A stretch of 64,000 nucleotides of DNA from Dicyema japonicum (taxonomy: Eukaryota; Animalia; Dicyemida), in assembly GCA_011109175.1 (NCBI GenBank), contig RDEW01000010.1:1206796-1270795 (forward strand), in the 5' to 3' direction. The position numbers were made by a program, and so were the translations under genes. This document shows positions 1 through 13,850 of the stretch, one piece after another; position 1 is the first letter of the stretch, and each line of letters starts with the position of its first letter. A model generated the notes under the pieces. It saw only the letters and a list, made by a program, of their open reading frames with translations. It searched no databases and was not told the origin of the DNA.

Positions 1-3000
1 GCCATAAAAGAAATCCCATTTTTCTCCGTTAAAATTCAAAATTAGTTTCAGATGAAGGAAAAGGCCAAAGAGGACGCCAGAAACGAAGTAATTCGCTTTA
101 AATTTGTTAAAGGTGGCCCTGCTTTCGAAACTGAAGCATCCCTACATTATCTCCTACTACGACTCGTTTTATGGTAATTCATTTAATTTACCCGCCAAAT
201 TTATTTTATTTCCTAGAAAATGGGAGACTTTTGATTGTAATGGACTACTGTGAAGGCGGTACTAGCTTTCGGTATTTTAGGCGACCTAACCCACATGATG
301 AACGCTCAGAAGCACGTGCTCTTTGAAGAACCTCAAGTTTGTGCATTTTATAGACTTTTAATAGATTTTGGACTGGTTTACCCAGATTTGCTTGGCGATA
401 AAGTTTATTCACGACAAGAATATCCTCCACCGTGATATCAAATGCCAAGTAACGGTTTGAGGCATTTCAGAATATTTTTCTCCATAAAACGGGGGTAATC
501 AAACTCGGAGACTTTGGAATCGCCAAAATCCTGCACAAGTATGCCTAATAGTGAAAGTAGTCCAAACGACCTGGCCAAGACTGCGATCGGGACTCCTTAC
601 TATTTATCCCCAGAAATCTGCCAAAATGTGCCATACAACAACAAAAGGTCGCTGAAAATTTAAATTTCTTAGCGATATTTGGGCCTTAGGCTGCGTCCTG
701 TACGAGCTCTTGACTCTCAGACACCCAGTACTGATCGATCTGAATTTTAGTTTGAATCAAATAACATGAAAAATCTCATATCTAAAATTGTCCGGTTCAA
801 TTTGCTTATATAAACCAAATCGTTAGTTCAGTCTATCCCCCTCTCCCAGGTAAGTATTCCTACGATCTGCGGAATTTGGTCACAATGATGCTGAAGAAGA
901 CTCCGAGGGAGAGACCCGACATTAACAGAATTCTCGCCAAGAAATTTATTCATAAACAAATAAGAAATATTCTGGACAACTACGTTGTTTAATTTAGGTA
1001 GTTTTAGAAATTAAAAACCGTCGAGATAATATCAACCCCCGTCCCTGCTGTTCCGCCAAAAGCAGAGATAAAGGAAGAGCCCCCGAAAAAAGTGGCTAAA
1101 CCCCCATTATTGAGCAAAGAAACCATGTTCGCTTCAATTTTATATTTTAGGAAGTCGAAGGCGAAATTTTTCCAAAATTTAAAGGTTTTTTGTAGCTACC
1201 AATCCAGGCATTACAGAAGAGGTCCCCGATAGTTCAAGAAACTCAGTCAAAAAAGAGATTTCTGAAATACCAGCAGCCAACTGTAAGGGAATAGACTCAA
1301 GGTTTAGCCGTCAGAATTGAAGCAACGAGAACGTGGTTGGCAGAATCTAAACCATCAGGATTATCCAGTCGATATTTCGGTCATTTTAGAAGAACGTCAA
1401 GCGTTATAAGGACCACTTTGAGGACTTGGAGCAACAGAGATTACAACGGGAAAAGGAAATGGTCCAAAACAGGCAGAACCGGCCCTCTATTTTTAAAAAC
1501 TTCTTCCGAGAGCCACAGAAGTAGCCTTTTCTGGTCAAATGGCTTCTAGAAAATCCCCGCTTGTAAAAGACTACCTTGAACGGCAGAACGCAGCCAAGCT
1601 AAACAAACTCAGAGCCGAACAAGACTTGTACTACAACAATCAAAATTACGTAAATTTAACCTTTAAACTAAACAGGATCTGTTCGACGAGCGAAAACTCA
1701 AAAAAGCGGAAAATATTTACAAAAACGACGATAAACCTGATATAAACGTAATACTGCGTTGCCTTATTTATTATTCTGTCAAATAACGGTTTAGGAAAGG
1801 GAACCGACTTCTTTAATCGAATTGAGGTAACTGTTTGGGGGACTTTGTAGACGACCTGAAGTCGGGATAACTGATGCACTGGCTGTAGTGGCAATGAATG
1901 AAGAGTTTGGCGGTTTGGTTATTTTTCAGGGATAAAGAAGAGGGACCGCGAATAGTTGAAGGAGGTAGAAATATTGGTGGTGACTTAAAAACCATCGAAA
2001 CTGAAGGCGAAATTAAAAATGACGGCGAAGGGGGTTTTGATTTTGTTATTTTAGACAAACCGGAAGTCGAGGATTTGAAGGCTGAGGAGAGAAAACGGTG
2101 GGAGGATCCGACGGATACGTATTTGAATCAACTCCAGGAATCCAAAACACAACCAGCGGAAGACGACAAAATCGTTAAATCACCACCAAGAAAATCCTGG
2201 GATCCACCGAAGGACTTGACAGCCAAAATTGAAACCGCAACTGGGATTTTCGCGACTTCCTTTACAAGTGAAGCTGCCGAACCAGAAAGTTCTATTTTCG
2301 AAATTTTAGCTGATGAAACCAAAAAAGAGGATTTCACGGAAAATGAAGAAAAATCAACACACACAAACTCCCAAGTCGATCCTCGCAGCGATGCTAAGAA
2401 ACCGGGGATTTCTTACGTGATAAGTTTTGAGGAGGAAAGTAGCTTGAAAAGTCCCCGATTGGAATCTATATTTTAGTTGATTTGAAAAGAAAGAGGAAGT
2501 CGATCAGAGATCTTTTAGAATATGAAAAGTCAAGTACCCTTTTTTTGCTAAACGAAGGTACTCGACCAATTTGCCGTGAAAAAACCTATGTAGCCGAAAC
2601 TGGTGTTGAATATAAACAAAGTTCAACGAGAAAATCAGGGGAGACTAAGAAACTGGGTAAGAGTAAAGGACAGGAGGGTGGATCGAACTTAAAGGAAGGA
2701 AAAATGGAGACAGAAAAAAGGTAGTAACCCCATAATTCTATTTTTAGCGTGAAACAGCCGAATAAGGTACGAATTCTAAGCTCAATCAGGATCGCTCGTT
2801 CCAAGTCAGATCCTGGAAGTCTTGACACTCAAAAAACTAGAACGTAGTCCATCAATCCCGAATCATTTAAATTTAGTGGAACCCCCGGTAAGGATAAATG
2901 AACCAATTTCTAGGTCGACCACTTCCCCGAGTTTTTCCAAGTCAGCTCAAATGGGGAGACTATCACAGAAGACATGTAGTGATAAGCTAAATTTAGGGAC

Positions 3001-3454
3001 GATTATGAATTGATGATCAGTTCCTTGGAGAAAATTGTAGCAGAGGACGATATTGAGCTTTCTTCCAGTGGTGGTAGTATTTATCACCTTGACTTTTATA
3101 TTGAAGAAGACGAAGGACCAGTTGGGTCGTTAGAGATGGAAAATGTCGATAAGATGCAGTTGATTGACGGTGATGCTTCATTGGACGAGTTCTCCTCATA
3201 TTCGATCTACGAACTGCTTGAAATGAAAAGGGGTAGTTTGGAGAAGTCCTTGGGCTTAGAAAAGCTGATAGAAGCCTATAAATATATCATGGTTTCTGTA
3301 GTATTTATGACCTTAGTCGATCGACGAGATTGAGGAAAAGGAGACGACCTATCAGCATATAATCAGCATTATTGGCTCAGAAAACAAAAAGCATATCTTT
3401 GATATATTTAAACTTGTGAATTATGACACACAATACTACGAAAGTTTGATTTAA
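1..3454 (+). CDS. NEK1: NIMA-related kinase NEK1, 5'-partial, >20 mostly micro-introns
   Basis: Manual splicing (introns 28-51, 88-112, 174-216, 259-280, 337-364, 449-470, 539-560, 648-672, 728-750, 795-826 and more) gives [91 protein letters not shown]. Central [19 protein letters not shown] and C-terminal [33 protein letters not shown] match NEK1-specific segments. Stop TAA 3452-3454. Confidence 0.95.
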
Positions 3455-3919
3455 ATTTAAATTTTAAGATTTAAGAAAAAATGCCCCGGAAAATGGAAAA
3501 TAAACGATTTTTGTTTTTATTTTAATTATTATTATTTATGGACAACAAGAATATTTATTAAGTTATAATTAAATAAATTGTTTATACTCACAAGAATCCT
3601 TACTACCTATGAACCTAGGAACCAGTTATACGGCCGATGCGTACTTGCGTAGGCTCGAGGGAGTAACATCACGCCAAACTGAATCCTCTCATGCAGCGTG
3701 CCGGGATCACGTGTTTAGTTTGTGTGGTGTTACCGTGATCTTTGGATTTTTTCATTTCATAATTGACAGCGTTTTCTGTGCCAATAGTAACTGATATATT
3801 GGAGGAACCACTGGGTTTGAGGCTCATGTAGTGTCCATATTCGAAGCGAAAAAAACTAAATTTGCTCGCAATAGCAATTATAAGATGCATAAATAGTTAG
3901 AACTTATTTTATTATAAAT

Positions 3920-4262
3920 TTATTAACCCCGGATACACCGAGTAAGAAGCTAACAGTAAACAGCTAGTTAGGTGTATCCAGCTTCCACTGTTACAGAAAA
4001 AAGTCCTTCAACGTCACACAAGTCCATCCAGAACCAGCATGAAAGGTAAAAGACGTCCATTCCTTTAGTTGTGGAAACCTCTCCTGTGGAGTGGAAGAGA
4101 GCAAATGATCCTTTTTCGTGCCAGCCTGGACTGGGTGCCAACTGAGACAGGTGGATCACATGACGCCACTCTACTAGGAAGGGGAAGAGGAGGAACAGAC
4201 AAAGCAGAAAACTTCAATCAATTAGCCACGTAGCACACGCGGTTATAGCTTTTAAGGGACTG
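3920..4262 (-). mobile_element. Short retroposon / LINE 3'-UTR family 'B'
   Basis: Homologous to 22168-22300, 22717-22890 and 38068-38142. On the minus strand it ends in the stem CTGGATACACC..GGTGTATCCGG followed by GGTTAATAA. Confidence 0.7.
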
Positions 4263-6561
4263 AGTCAACTAGCTACACTCAAAAGTGACATCCGTGAAAC
4301 ACAGTGGCTTCTGCCTTCACGTCAGTTCGGGTTTTGTTGGTCTCTTATCTTTCGACACCTGATATTTACAACTTCCAAGGGAGTCGTTGAACACGGATAT
4401 GCAAGGAAGAACAAAGTTAGTGGAAGGCTCGTTGGATTTTTATATTAAGTTCTGATTTTTCACATTTTTTGAAATAATCTGTTTTATTTTAATTTAAGCT
4501 CCTTTTCGTTGTTTGGGGACAAATTTGTCTTTTTGTTTTCCTAAGTGGAGATGTTCGAGATTAAAGACTTTAATATTGATTTCCTCAATGAGCGACATTC
4601 CTGGCTACACTCAGAAGCCATGACGTCCCTCAAATCAGTGGGTCCTCCATTTCATCTAGTTACTATAATGAGAGGAAGCTTCACGGATGTTAATTAGCTC
4701 AGGCATGTGTTGATGACTTTAAACGCTTTTCATAGAAAACAAGTAAGGTTCCTGTTAACGGTATTATGGAATCTATTTTTTCTGCTAAGGGGCTTTTAGA
4801 GGGAAGCCACGAACAACGTCGTCTTCAATAAGGACATTAGAAGACTCGGGTGATATAGACAGTATTGAATTAATAATAGAATAATTAACATAGAAAATCC
4901 TTAAAACGTGTAAATAATCAATTCTTAAAGAATATAAATTAATTGGTCGGCGGTGAAGAGGGGAGGTTGGTACTATGAATCCACGATCGAATAAATGGTG
5001 GAAAAATGGAAGATATGTGATCAAAGTGTATAAATTATATTAATTGTTAGATCATAATATAAAATAAATAAAATATTATTTTAATATTAATTCTCAATAT
5101 AATTAAATTTAAATTTAATTAACAGCATTCCTGGGCAGATTTGTCCTCACAATTGCTTATAACCGAGACATTTGGTAGAATTAGAGTTATAATTCCCGTG
5201 ATGTGCTCTGTAAATTGAAAATGACGATTATAAACCAATTACTGTAGAGATACATAACATAATTTGTTTCATAATTCCTATAATATATACGCACTTCAAA
5301 AATTCTCGTATAACACATTATCTTCATATTATAGAATGTCGGTTGATGTTCGAGTCGTGTAATGGAGTTAGTATTACTAATTCTCGTGAGGAGACTCTCA
5401 AATGTTATTAATAGCCTTATTCATATCTGGCTATTAATCGAAAATATTGTTTATCAACCATCTACTGTTCGAGGTATCATAATAGAATTTCTTTCAAAAT
5501 TCGATTGATCTCGATATTCACATATTAGTGCCTTCACAATATTATTACTCCAAATAACTCTCTATGGATGTCCACTGTTTAATGACAATTTATCTAAATT
5601 TACATAAATGTACTTATTTTAACTCTTACGTATATATCTTTGTGTACCAGTCCAATCTGACTAGTGTTTATAGCTCATTATAGTTAGGCTATATTTATGT
5701 TAAATGTTACACAATTATCACATTTATTGTCTAATATTTACTTCATTACAGTAATACTCATTCCAAGTATCACTTCCACCTATGCCCTCGAGACAAATAA
5801 AGGAAACCGCGGTGTGCCAAAATAGACGAATTTCCAAATTCTCAATTGAAATCGGCTGAAAGAGAACTTGTTCATCAAAGATCAATATTCCCTCCTTTTA
5901 AGTTCACCGACAATGCAAACTCTGAATCATGAAGACTTGTTAAGAACTACGTACTTTTGGTAGTTGCTTGGTAAGGGAGGGAGTTTGGTTCTGTTCGCTA
6001 GACAGGGAGAAATCAATACTCAGCTTACGATTTATGACTAATCAAGTGTACCAAGTTTCTACGCCCTCACTTGAAGAGAGATATCTCTATCCAAACTTGC
6101 AGTTGCAGAATTCTCTCCAAGAAATGATCTAGTGGAGTAAGGGAGAACAATTCCCTGGCACTGGGCGCTTCCTGAGGAAGGTGGGTCATATAACGTCACG
6201 CTAACTGAACAAAGGAAAAAAGGCACAGACAATAATGAGAATTTGTGGGTCCTAGTTTCGCCACGTGTTAAAAAAAAAATATGTAATCACTAACTAATCG
6301 CTCCAGTTCCTCAAGAAGCTGGGCCCTCTGGCTACACTCACATTACTGCTTTACAAAACCTTGAACGAATCTGACAATCAGTTTCATAGCTGCACCCCTC
6401 CTGCCTTCCAGACCACAAGGTGCTTCCTTTTTTTCCTGTCGGCCTTCTATTTCTGCGCCTCCCAGATCTCTAGAAGCGTCCACCTTCGATTCAATGCTTT
6501 TTGCCCAAAGCCAATTTAAACTATGACATGAATAAAGTTTGTTAGCAATAAATCATTTAAA

Positions 6562-7160
6562 CCAGTGGTCCTTAACCTTTTTTAAGTCAGCGCCCCCTTT
6601 TGATACAATTTTGAAGTTTCAAAATTTCAGAGCCCTTAAGATTTAATTTTTTCAATTGTGGATTCATTTGGTCATTTTTTTTAAATTGTACGTCGAAACT
6701 GTTTTTCCATCATTAGAGTGCAATGTCAACTGAGAATTTGTTAATCTCTTTATGTCAGCTTCCATAGTTGACAGATGTCTCAAAAATATTTTTCGGCAGT
6801 TTTAAAAATTGTTAAGTTGTGTCGAGTTGAAGGTGTTCAGAATGAGGTTTTCCTGATTTTGCTATCAATTGCGATATTTTGTATGATGCTGAATTTTTTG
6901 TAAATATTTGATTAATCATAAGACGATTTTTATAATTATATTTCAGATTAGAGAAATAATTAAAGTATGCATCAAGTTTCTCAAAATGAAAAGTCTTAGG
7001 ATGATTTGAAATTCTTGAGAGCTTCATTCCTTCATTTCCTTTATTTGTAAAGATATTCTTACAGATAAGACACATAGGGAGCAGTTTGTTATGCTCGTAG
7101 GGTATCACTCCAAACTTTAAGTATTCATCCGAATATATTTTACTTTTTGTCACTTTTTTA
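6562..7160 (-). mobile_element. hAT (Buster/Charlie, ZBED5-like) remnant, internally deleted
   Basis: TIR-like CAGTGGTCCTTAACCT at 6562. ORF 6812-7153 YSDEYLKFG..PMCLICKNIFTN..MKLSRISNH..ASYKISQLIAKSGKPH is the BED-finger N-terminus of Buster transposases. Confidence 0.85.
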
Positions 7161-7945
7161 TCACACTTTTATAAAATATTATATACAATTAGAAAATATT
7201 TATATATCTGTAAATAATTTTTTTAAAATTTAAAAAAATGAAGAAAAAAAGTACTGTTCGCCTTGTAACACCTTCCAGTCACTCACATTCAAATATTTGT
7301 TGTCCAGACCATCAACATTTGGCTTGAGGAATAAGTCGACTGCATCCCCCTGGAAGTTTGAGAATACATATCGACTGGAACCCGTTCGAGAAGTGATCCC
7401 GATGCATTCTAACAGAGACCTCATCTTTGCCTTTTTGTTCTTCCTTCGTGCCCGCGCATGAACGTACAGGACGTCACGGTTTAACAGCGTTCTTGTGATC
7501 TGGAGTCTAGTCTCATAATGGCCTCCAGAGGCGTAGGTCCGGGTCGATGATCTTCACAAATCCAACGCTCCGTTACTCTGTAAGCCCTCTTTTGGCATTT
7601 CCTCAATTTTCCTCATATTTGTCTATGATATGGACGGACTCCACGAGGCGCATGCATATGAGAAACATGGCTCGATGTATTGTTTGTATACGTTCATAAA
7701 GACTGGGTGAGTACCACTCTTCCATATTCCCGATAAACTTTTCAATACGTTCAGTTTCTTCTAGCATTTCAATAGAATGTTTTCTACGTGAGGTGTTAAA
7801 CAGAGTTAAACAGAGATGCATATCAAAAAATACATGATTGGCTCTTAAATATAAATATTTTCAAACCGTTTGACGAGTCATTAAATATTTTTGAAAAATA
7901 GAATAAATTTAAAATTTTTTTAAATCTTTTTCTTGTGGTCACTTC

Positions 7946-8343
7946 ATGGATCTTTACTGTAATGAAGGAATCGAAGATGCTGATGCTTTTTTAAATACAG
8001 GGACTATTTTAAATAAATGTTAGAATCCTAAATTAAATTATAGTTTATTCAGAAAACATTCCACACACCACAAACAGGAGCATTAATCTCCCTTACAGCG
8101 TTAAATCATCAATTTTCGATTTTAGCTCTTCCACGTTTAATTCTGAGGTTACTTATTTAAACGGTAAACCCATTTTTCCTATTTTATTAGAATTAAGCAA
8201 AATGCATCCGGAAGAAGTCTTACACCGACTCACCAAGCTAAAGGACGAAGTGTACGAGTTGAGCATTGATGAAGGTCCTTGTCTTATTTACCATAGATTA
8301 TGAGATTGCTAGATCTGATCTTTTGGTTAGAAGTAAAAAATGA
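7946..8343 (+). CDS. LIN52: LIN52 (MuvB/DREAM subunit)-like, 3 micro-introns
   Basis: Spliced product MDLYCNEG..KFYSENIP..YLNELSKMHPEEVLHRLTKLKDEVYELSIDEDYEIARSDLLVRSKK* aligns by eye with the LIN52 C-terminus (KELGSLTTANLMEKVRGLQNLAYQLGLDESREMTRGKFL). Preceded by an A/T island. Confidence 0.75.
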
Positions 8344-8814
8344 CTTATTTTAACTTTTTTAATAGCCCCCGTACCTGAAACTGGTTTTAACATCACGCCT
8401 ACCAGAATAGGAGTATCCCTTTCAAAAATCGAGTCCACCCTTATCCGTCATTGTGGGAACCTCTTCAGTGGAGTAAGAAAGATAGGATTTTTGGGTGCCG
8501 ACCATACACTGGGTGATTCCTGAGTTATGTGGATTCCACGTCGCTTACAGGAACTGAAGAAAGCAAAGAGCAGAACTGGAACCATCGACCAAGTAGGTAA
8601 CGGTGTGGGATTCAATCCACACTAAGAAGTGTATGAGATCCATCTTGGGAAAATGAAGACATTTTTGTGGAATAAAAAAACTTCCATCTTCTCATGGGAT
8701 CTAATCATTATTGATCTCCATTGGGAAATTTATGGTGTTCTGGAGTTAGCAGTTTCATATTGATTTCCAATAACTCATTCAGAACAGTTGGCGAAATCAT
8801 TCTTGGTTCACTTA

Positions 8815-9115
8815 CTATTTTTATTAACCCTAGGCTTACAATCTTTGGTAAGCCCAGCACACACAGTCATAACCAATCAATCCAAAGAGGGAACCTAAAA
8901 GAGAAACATATGCTTGTGCCGACTAAATCCATCTTCCAACAGTCCATTACAGGCTTCCGATGAGAAATAGAGAGGTAGGTTCGTCCTCCCATTTTCATAA
9001 CGCATCCTAACGTTGCTGACATCACTTCATTCATTGGCGTTAGATTTTGATAATGGTAATCTTCACCAATGGATCTGGTTGGGAGAAGGTATGAAGATCC
9101 CTTTCAGCAACTGTA
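8815..9115 (-). mobile_element. SINE family 'A', 5'-truncated copy
   Basis: Aligns to the 3' two-thirds of 13851-14289, including the terminal hairpin and (TAA)n tail. Confidence 0.85.
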
Positions 9116-9683
9116 TATGTACAATATCTATTAAATTAACACAAGATGTGAAAACAAGTCGGATGTAGGCGGTTCTAGAGATCATCCATTTTTACATCGA
9201 GTCTTGGCGGTCCGTGGAAAACAGTGATCGATCCAATCTGACAGCTTTCAAAAGCAGTGATTATTAAACGTTGATTTCAGGATATCTGCGTCCCATGAGG
9301 TTTATTTTGTTGAATCCAGGAGCTCAGAGATATACCGTAGTGCACCTGAGATACCCCATTTACCAGCCGAACCTACCGGCCGATTAATCATTTAACTATG
9401 CGATTCTTACTCTTCCCAGCAGAGCCCTAAACATAGTTCGATGTTCCCCCACACAAGCTCCTGATGGACGGAGAACTTCCAAGTCACGGTTTAACAGCGT
9501 TAAACGAATTATGGCTTCCATGGTGTTTGGGGACAATAATTCCTCTCCAGCGATCCACTATACCGTGATTCTGTCCCTCTATTCTGGATAGACATGATCT
9601 CCTAGGCATCCGTCCACCAGATGGTAGTCATCAAAAAATTAAGACAGTTGATTAATTCGACACAATGTTACATTCTCAATCAT

Positions 9684-11536
9684 TCACAAGTAACAATTTT
9701 GCTTCATATTTTCAACCAACTCCTTCTCATTTTTGTGCCGTTCCTTCAATTTTTCCAAAATGAACGAATTCATTCGAACGTCATCCTCTTTTGGTTCTGG
9801 GATTAAACCCGCTGTTTCGGGAACTTTTTTGCGAGGAACTGGAACATTTTTGGCATATTGAAGTGCCTACAAATGTCTCTACGACGAAAACCGCCACACG
9901 ACGATTATGGGCAGTCACGTTGACTTTCATTTCGATCAGTGGTCGGCTACTCTTCTTCATTAACCTCAAGTTTTCTCGATTCGCTTTCTCCCCAAACTCT
10001 TTCAGCTTCTCCAACCTGTGATTCTAAATCTACCCAAATTTATCAACTTTTTTTTGCCAGTCGTTTCCCCCAACATTGGGTCCCAACCCTCCCATCGTTT
10101 TGACGTTTTCGATTTTCTTGTAATCCGTAAGCTTATAGGGGACATATTTTGGGTCTAAGTAAAAGTGCTGGCCTCTACCGGATTCGAAGCATAATTGATC
10201 ATGGCTGCTAGTTTGGCACTCGTAGTTGTTGCATTTACTGCAGATTGGCGGATCGCTCAATATTTCGTTCGATCCACAGTGGTGAATCAAATAAGAGTTG
10301 TTTTTGCAGCAAATTCGAGATTTTTGATTTTCTTGGTGAAGATCTATCAACTTTCTAGTCCTCTCCGGTTCGAATTCGGAGAAGTAGGCCTTTAGGTAGC
10401 TGTCCGATTGCTCATTCATTGACGGAGCGTTGTCCGGGTAAAATCTCTGGGTTTTAGTAGAATCCGAATAAGGTAAGCCTCCCTTGGTATTCTTGGTCCC
10501 TTCTTGGGCAAAATTAAAAGAATCGGAAGAAACCGATAAATTTTGAGTTTTGCCGAATCTGACCGCTCTGTGAAAATAATTTTCCAAGAAGTTATCGTTT
10601 TCCTCCTCAATTCCCGGGTACACGTTTTCTGCGGAATTCTGGATCTCTTGAATTTGACTCTCTTGGTTAGTTTGCCTAAGAGTAAGCCGAGTTCTAACGT
10701 TTCGGATAAATCGAGGACTTCCCCCATGAGTGACTGATAATGAAGGGATTTCTTGACTCCAATATTTCTCCTGTTTTCTCTGACAAAGTCTTTATCGCTC
10801 AAAGGAAACTTCCTTTCTGAGATGTTCTTCTTCCCAGAGTCTTGGTTAAACCTCCTGTTTAAGAGATCTTTATTTTTCGAAGAGTTTCCGAATGCCAGAT
10901 TTTGGGTCACATATACTCTTTTCGGATTTTGTGGAACATTTTTGGATCCCTGAGATTGTCTCCTCAATTCCCTCTCCAACAATTTCCTTGATTTTTCGTT
11001 CCACAGGCTTCTTTGTCCATTCGGCCTAATTTCTCAGCCTCCTCTTGTTTCAAGGATTCAGTCCATTGGTTGGATTTCCCATAATCAAGGTCGTCGTCTT
11101 CTTCCTCCGAGGATCTACCAGACTGTCCTGACTCCTCGCAGTGCTTCTGTTTTTGCCTCAATTCGTCATTTTTTGATTTCTCAATATCGGATTTCTTGTT
11201 ATTTACGTCACTTGTTGATTTTCTATTCTTGCTTGGAATCCTTGATGACGAAGGTTCCACATTATTCTCAGTCGAAGCCTCTGAGTCGCAATCAATGGGA
11301 TTCGACCTCTCAAATTTGTAATTTTTTTTATTTTCGACGATTTCTCGAAAATTCTTCCAGCCGTCGCTCAATGTGCTTTCTTTGTCGGACAAATATCTAT
11401 TTCTACTCGAAACAGAAGAGATATTCGTTCTCTCGGTTCTTGTAAGTGATCCATCTGATTGACTGTCGCTTTCTTCGTAGGACCGACTTTCACAAGAATC
11501 GTGTTCACTGCTGAGTGAATAATTTGATGACTTCAT
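9684..11536 (-). CDS. JHY: Jhy protein homolog (ciliary), micro-introns and one apparent frameshift
   Basis: C-terminal JHY motifs YVPYKLTDYKKI..MGGLGPN..KLKEFGEKANREN, ALQYAKNVPVP and LEKLKERHKNEKELV; low-complexity S/E/K N-terminus. A 23-nt intron near 10676-10698 joins two of the ORFs; the frame change at ~10975-11040 is unexplained. Confidence 0.85.
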
Positions 11537-11684
11537 GAATGTTTATAAATTTCGGTTTCTATGGATAAATTTAATTTTAATTAATAGAAATTAAATTATA
11601 TATTTTTATTTTTTTTAAATTAAGCTTAAACTTTGGATAACAAATTTCTTAAGTGGAGGACTGAAATCAGTCTCACGTCTTCTC

Positions 11685-12510
11685 CAAACGGTGTCCCTAA
11701 GGATCTCCTTTCTCCCACGCCTTATTCAATTTATACCTGGCCGACCTCCCGACACCGGAATCCAATAACGATGTTCTACTTTCATATGCGGACGACATTG
11801 TTTTGGCCTCGCGTGATCGGGATATCCAAAATGCTACAGAAAGATTACAAATTAACCTGGACCGACTCAACGTCTGGGTAATGAAGAACCGACTCACGAT
11901 AAATTCCAGAAAGTCGGTCACGTCTATGTTTACTTCGGACAAAAGGTTGGGGAAGATGACTGCCAAGTTAAAATTGGACAACATTGAAATCCCGTTCACC
12001 AAATGTCAGAAGATCCTGGGCGTGACACTGGATACACACCTATGTTTGTCACCACACGTGGCAAACATTGTTCTGAAGTGTGAGAAGAGGATCAATGTAT
12101 TAAAATGTTTATCTGGAATATGGAAGACAGGTACCCACCGGGTCTTGATGAACATTTACAAGCAATACATCGAACCATGCTTCTCGTACGCGTGTGCTTC
12201 GTGGGACCTTCATTATCATGGACGAACACTAAGAAGATTGAGGACGTTCAAAAGAAGGCTTTCAGAATGACGGAGCGGTGGTCTTGTGGGAGACACAGAA
12301 CCGGACCGACTACTCTGGAGGCCCTCATTAAACAAAACTCCGGCATGCGGGAAGGTGGCCCTGCAAATACAGTCAGCCGCCCTGTACGAGCTTGTGTATG
12401 TACGAGGGATGAGCACCGAGAAAGAATGAGGATTTTTGCAGAGCGCATCGGAATCACGTGATAGTTAGTTTTGGTTTTACCGTGGTCTTGGGTGTTAAAT
12501 AAATAATAAG
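11685..12510 (+). mobile_element. LINE (Jockey/I-like) reverse transcriptase fragment with tail
   Basis: NGVP-G--LSPTP, SYADDIVL, LTINSRKS, KILGVTLD, frameshifted. Ends near GATAGTTAGTTTTGG..(TAA)n. Confidence 0.85.
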
Positions 12511-12579
12511 TGGAGAAATAATTAGATAAATGACTGAGAAAATATCGTTAGGAACGATCATGGAATCGACTATTTTCTT

Positions 12580-12740
12580 ACAGAAGCCTATCCTACCTTT
12601 CTCCCTGACCAAATCAACTGGTGAAGATGTTCCACTACGAAAACTCCCCGCTGAAGAATGAAGTGAAGTCTGCGACGGTAGGAGGTGCAACGCCTATGGA
12701 AGAGGGCAGACCTACTTCTCCTCTCTTCGGAAGGAACATT
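12580..12740 (+). mobile_element. SINE family 'A', internal fragment
   Basis: CCTACCTTTCTCCCTGACCAAATC..GAATGAAGTGA..GGAAGAGGGCAGACCTACTTCTC matches the family A body. Confidence 0.75.
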
Positions 12741-13850
12741 TATTACGTTTTTCAGTGAGCTCTTCCCTCGAATTTTCCCCAATGAAATCGGCAAGAAAAA
12801 CGATCGTAGTTACCTCTTTCTTTTCAAAAATCCTTTTCTGTTGGTTCTGTATGGACTTGTGTGTGATGTTGTCTTTGTGACTGTGGGGATCGATACACAT
12901 AAAATTATAGTTTTGATGTTAATAAAAATATACTAAAAATTTAGTTTGCCACCTACAGTGGAAGATCGCCCTTAAATATCAAAATTACTTCAACTGCTCA
13001 TTTTTACATCCTCTCGAATTGGGGATCGGATGACTTGATGTTCAATGATCTTCATTATCGAGTAGCGTTATCTGTTTTCTCTGAATAATTCTCACATTTC
13101 AGGAGTCTTGTATTCAATAAGTTTGGCTGTGGGAAGTCTAAGGGTTGATTCTTGTGGGACTCCTCTTTTTAGCTAGTTGTGTGATTAAGTCAAGGCATAT
13201 ACCATTCAAGTGTTTTAAAGTAACTCGTTTTGACTATCTATGAGTTTAGGAAGCGGTCTCCACAGGATTGACCCGGAAACTCCCTGATGAAATCCTGTTT
13301 CTCAACGAGGTCTGAGATCCTTTTGAAAATGATAATTTACATAATTTTCAAGAGCAAATAAGGAGATAGGAGCCTTCTTTGGTTTCCCAGTTTAACCACC
13401 ATCAGCCTGAGAAATGCAAGGGGTAGAGGAGATCGTTGAAAGATAAGTGTGTGACTGATTTTAAATTCGCCTAAAAATTGTTTCATGTGGAGTGAATTCC
13501 ACACCGGAACAACGACCATACAAAATCTGCATAAAATTAACAAAATACGAGGATTGCAGATTTTAAATCTCCAGCCACAATCGTTGGGAAGAGGAGATGA
13601 CGTTGCTTACGTGTTTGATAAAGGTCATAAGGGGGTATGTGATCCCCAGAAAAAAAATTTATAGCATTTAATGGCCCTACTTATGAGTCATAAACTATGA
13701 CTTTCTGCATCAATTAACAAAATTTTTAAAGATGAAAGAGTGCTGAATAATTATTCCAAAAATTCTGATTTCGCAAAAAAGTGCTCCATTCTATCCAAGA
13801 AAATTGAAGAAAATAGAAAGCTAACAAAAACTTTCTGTGTTCACTCATAA

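Noticed and set aside
13262-13298. Stem ACAGGATT/AATCCTGT enclosing GAAA and CTGATGA (hammerhead-like)
   Set aside because: Only 4 nt lie between GAAA and CUGAUGA, so stems I and III cannot form.
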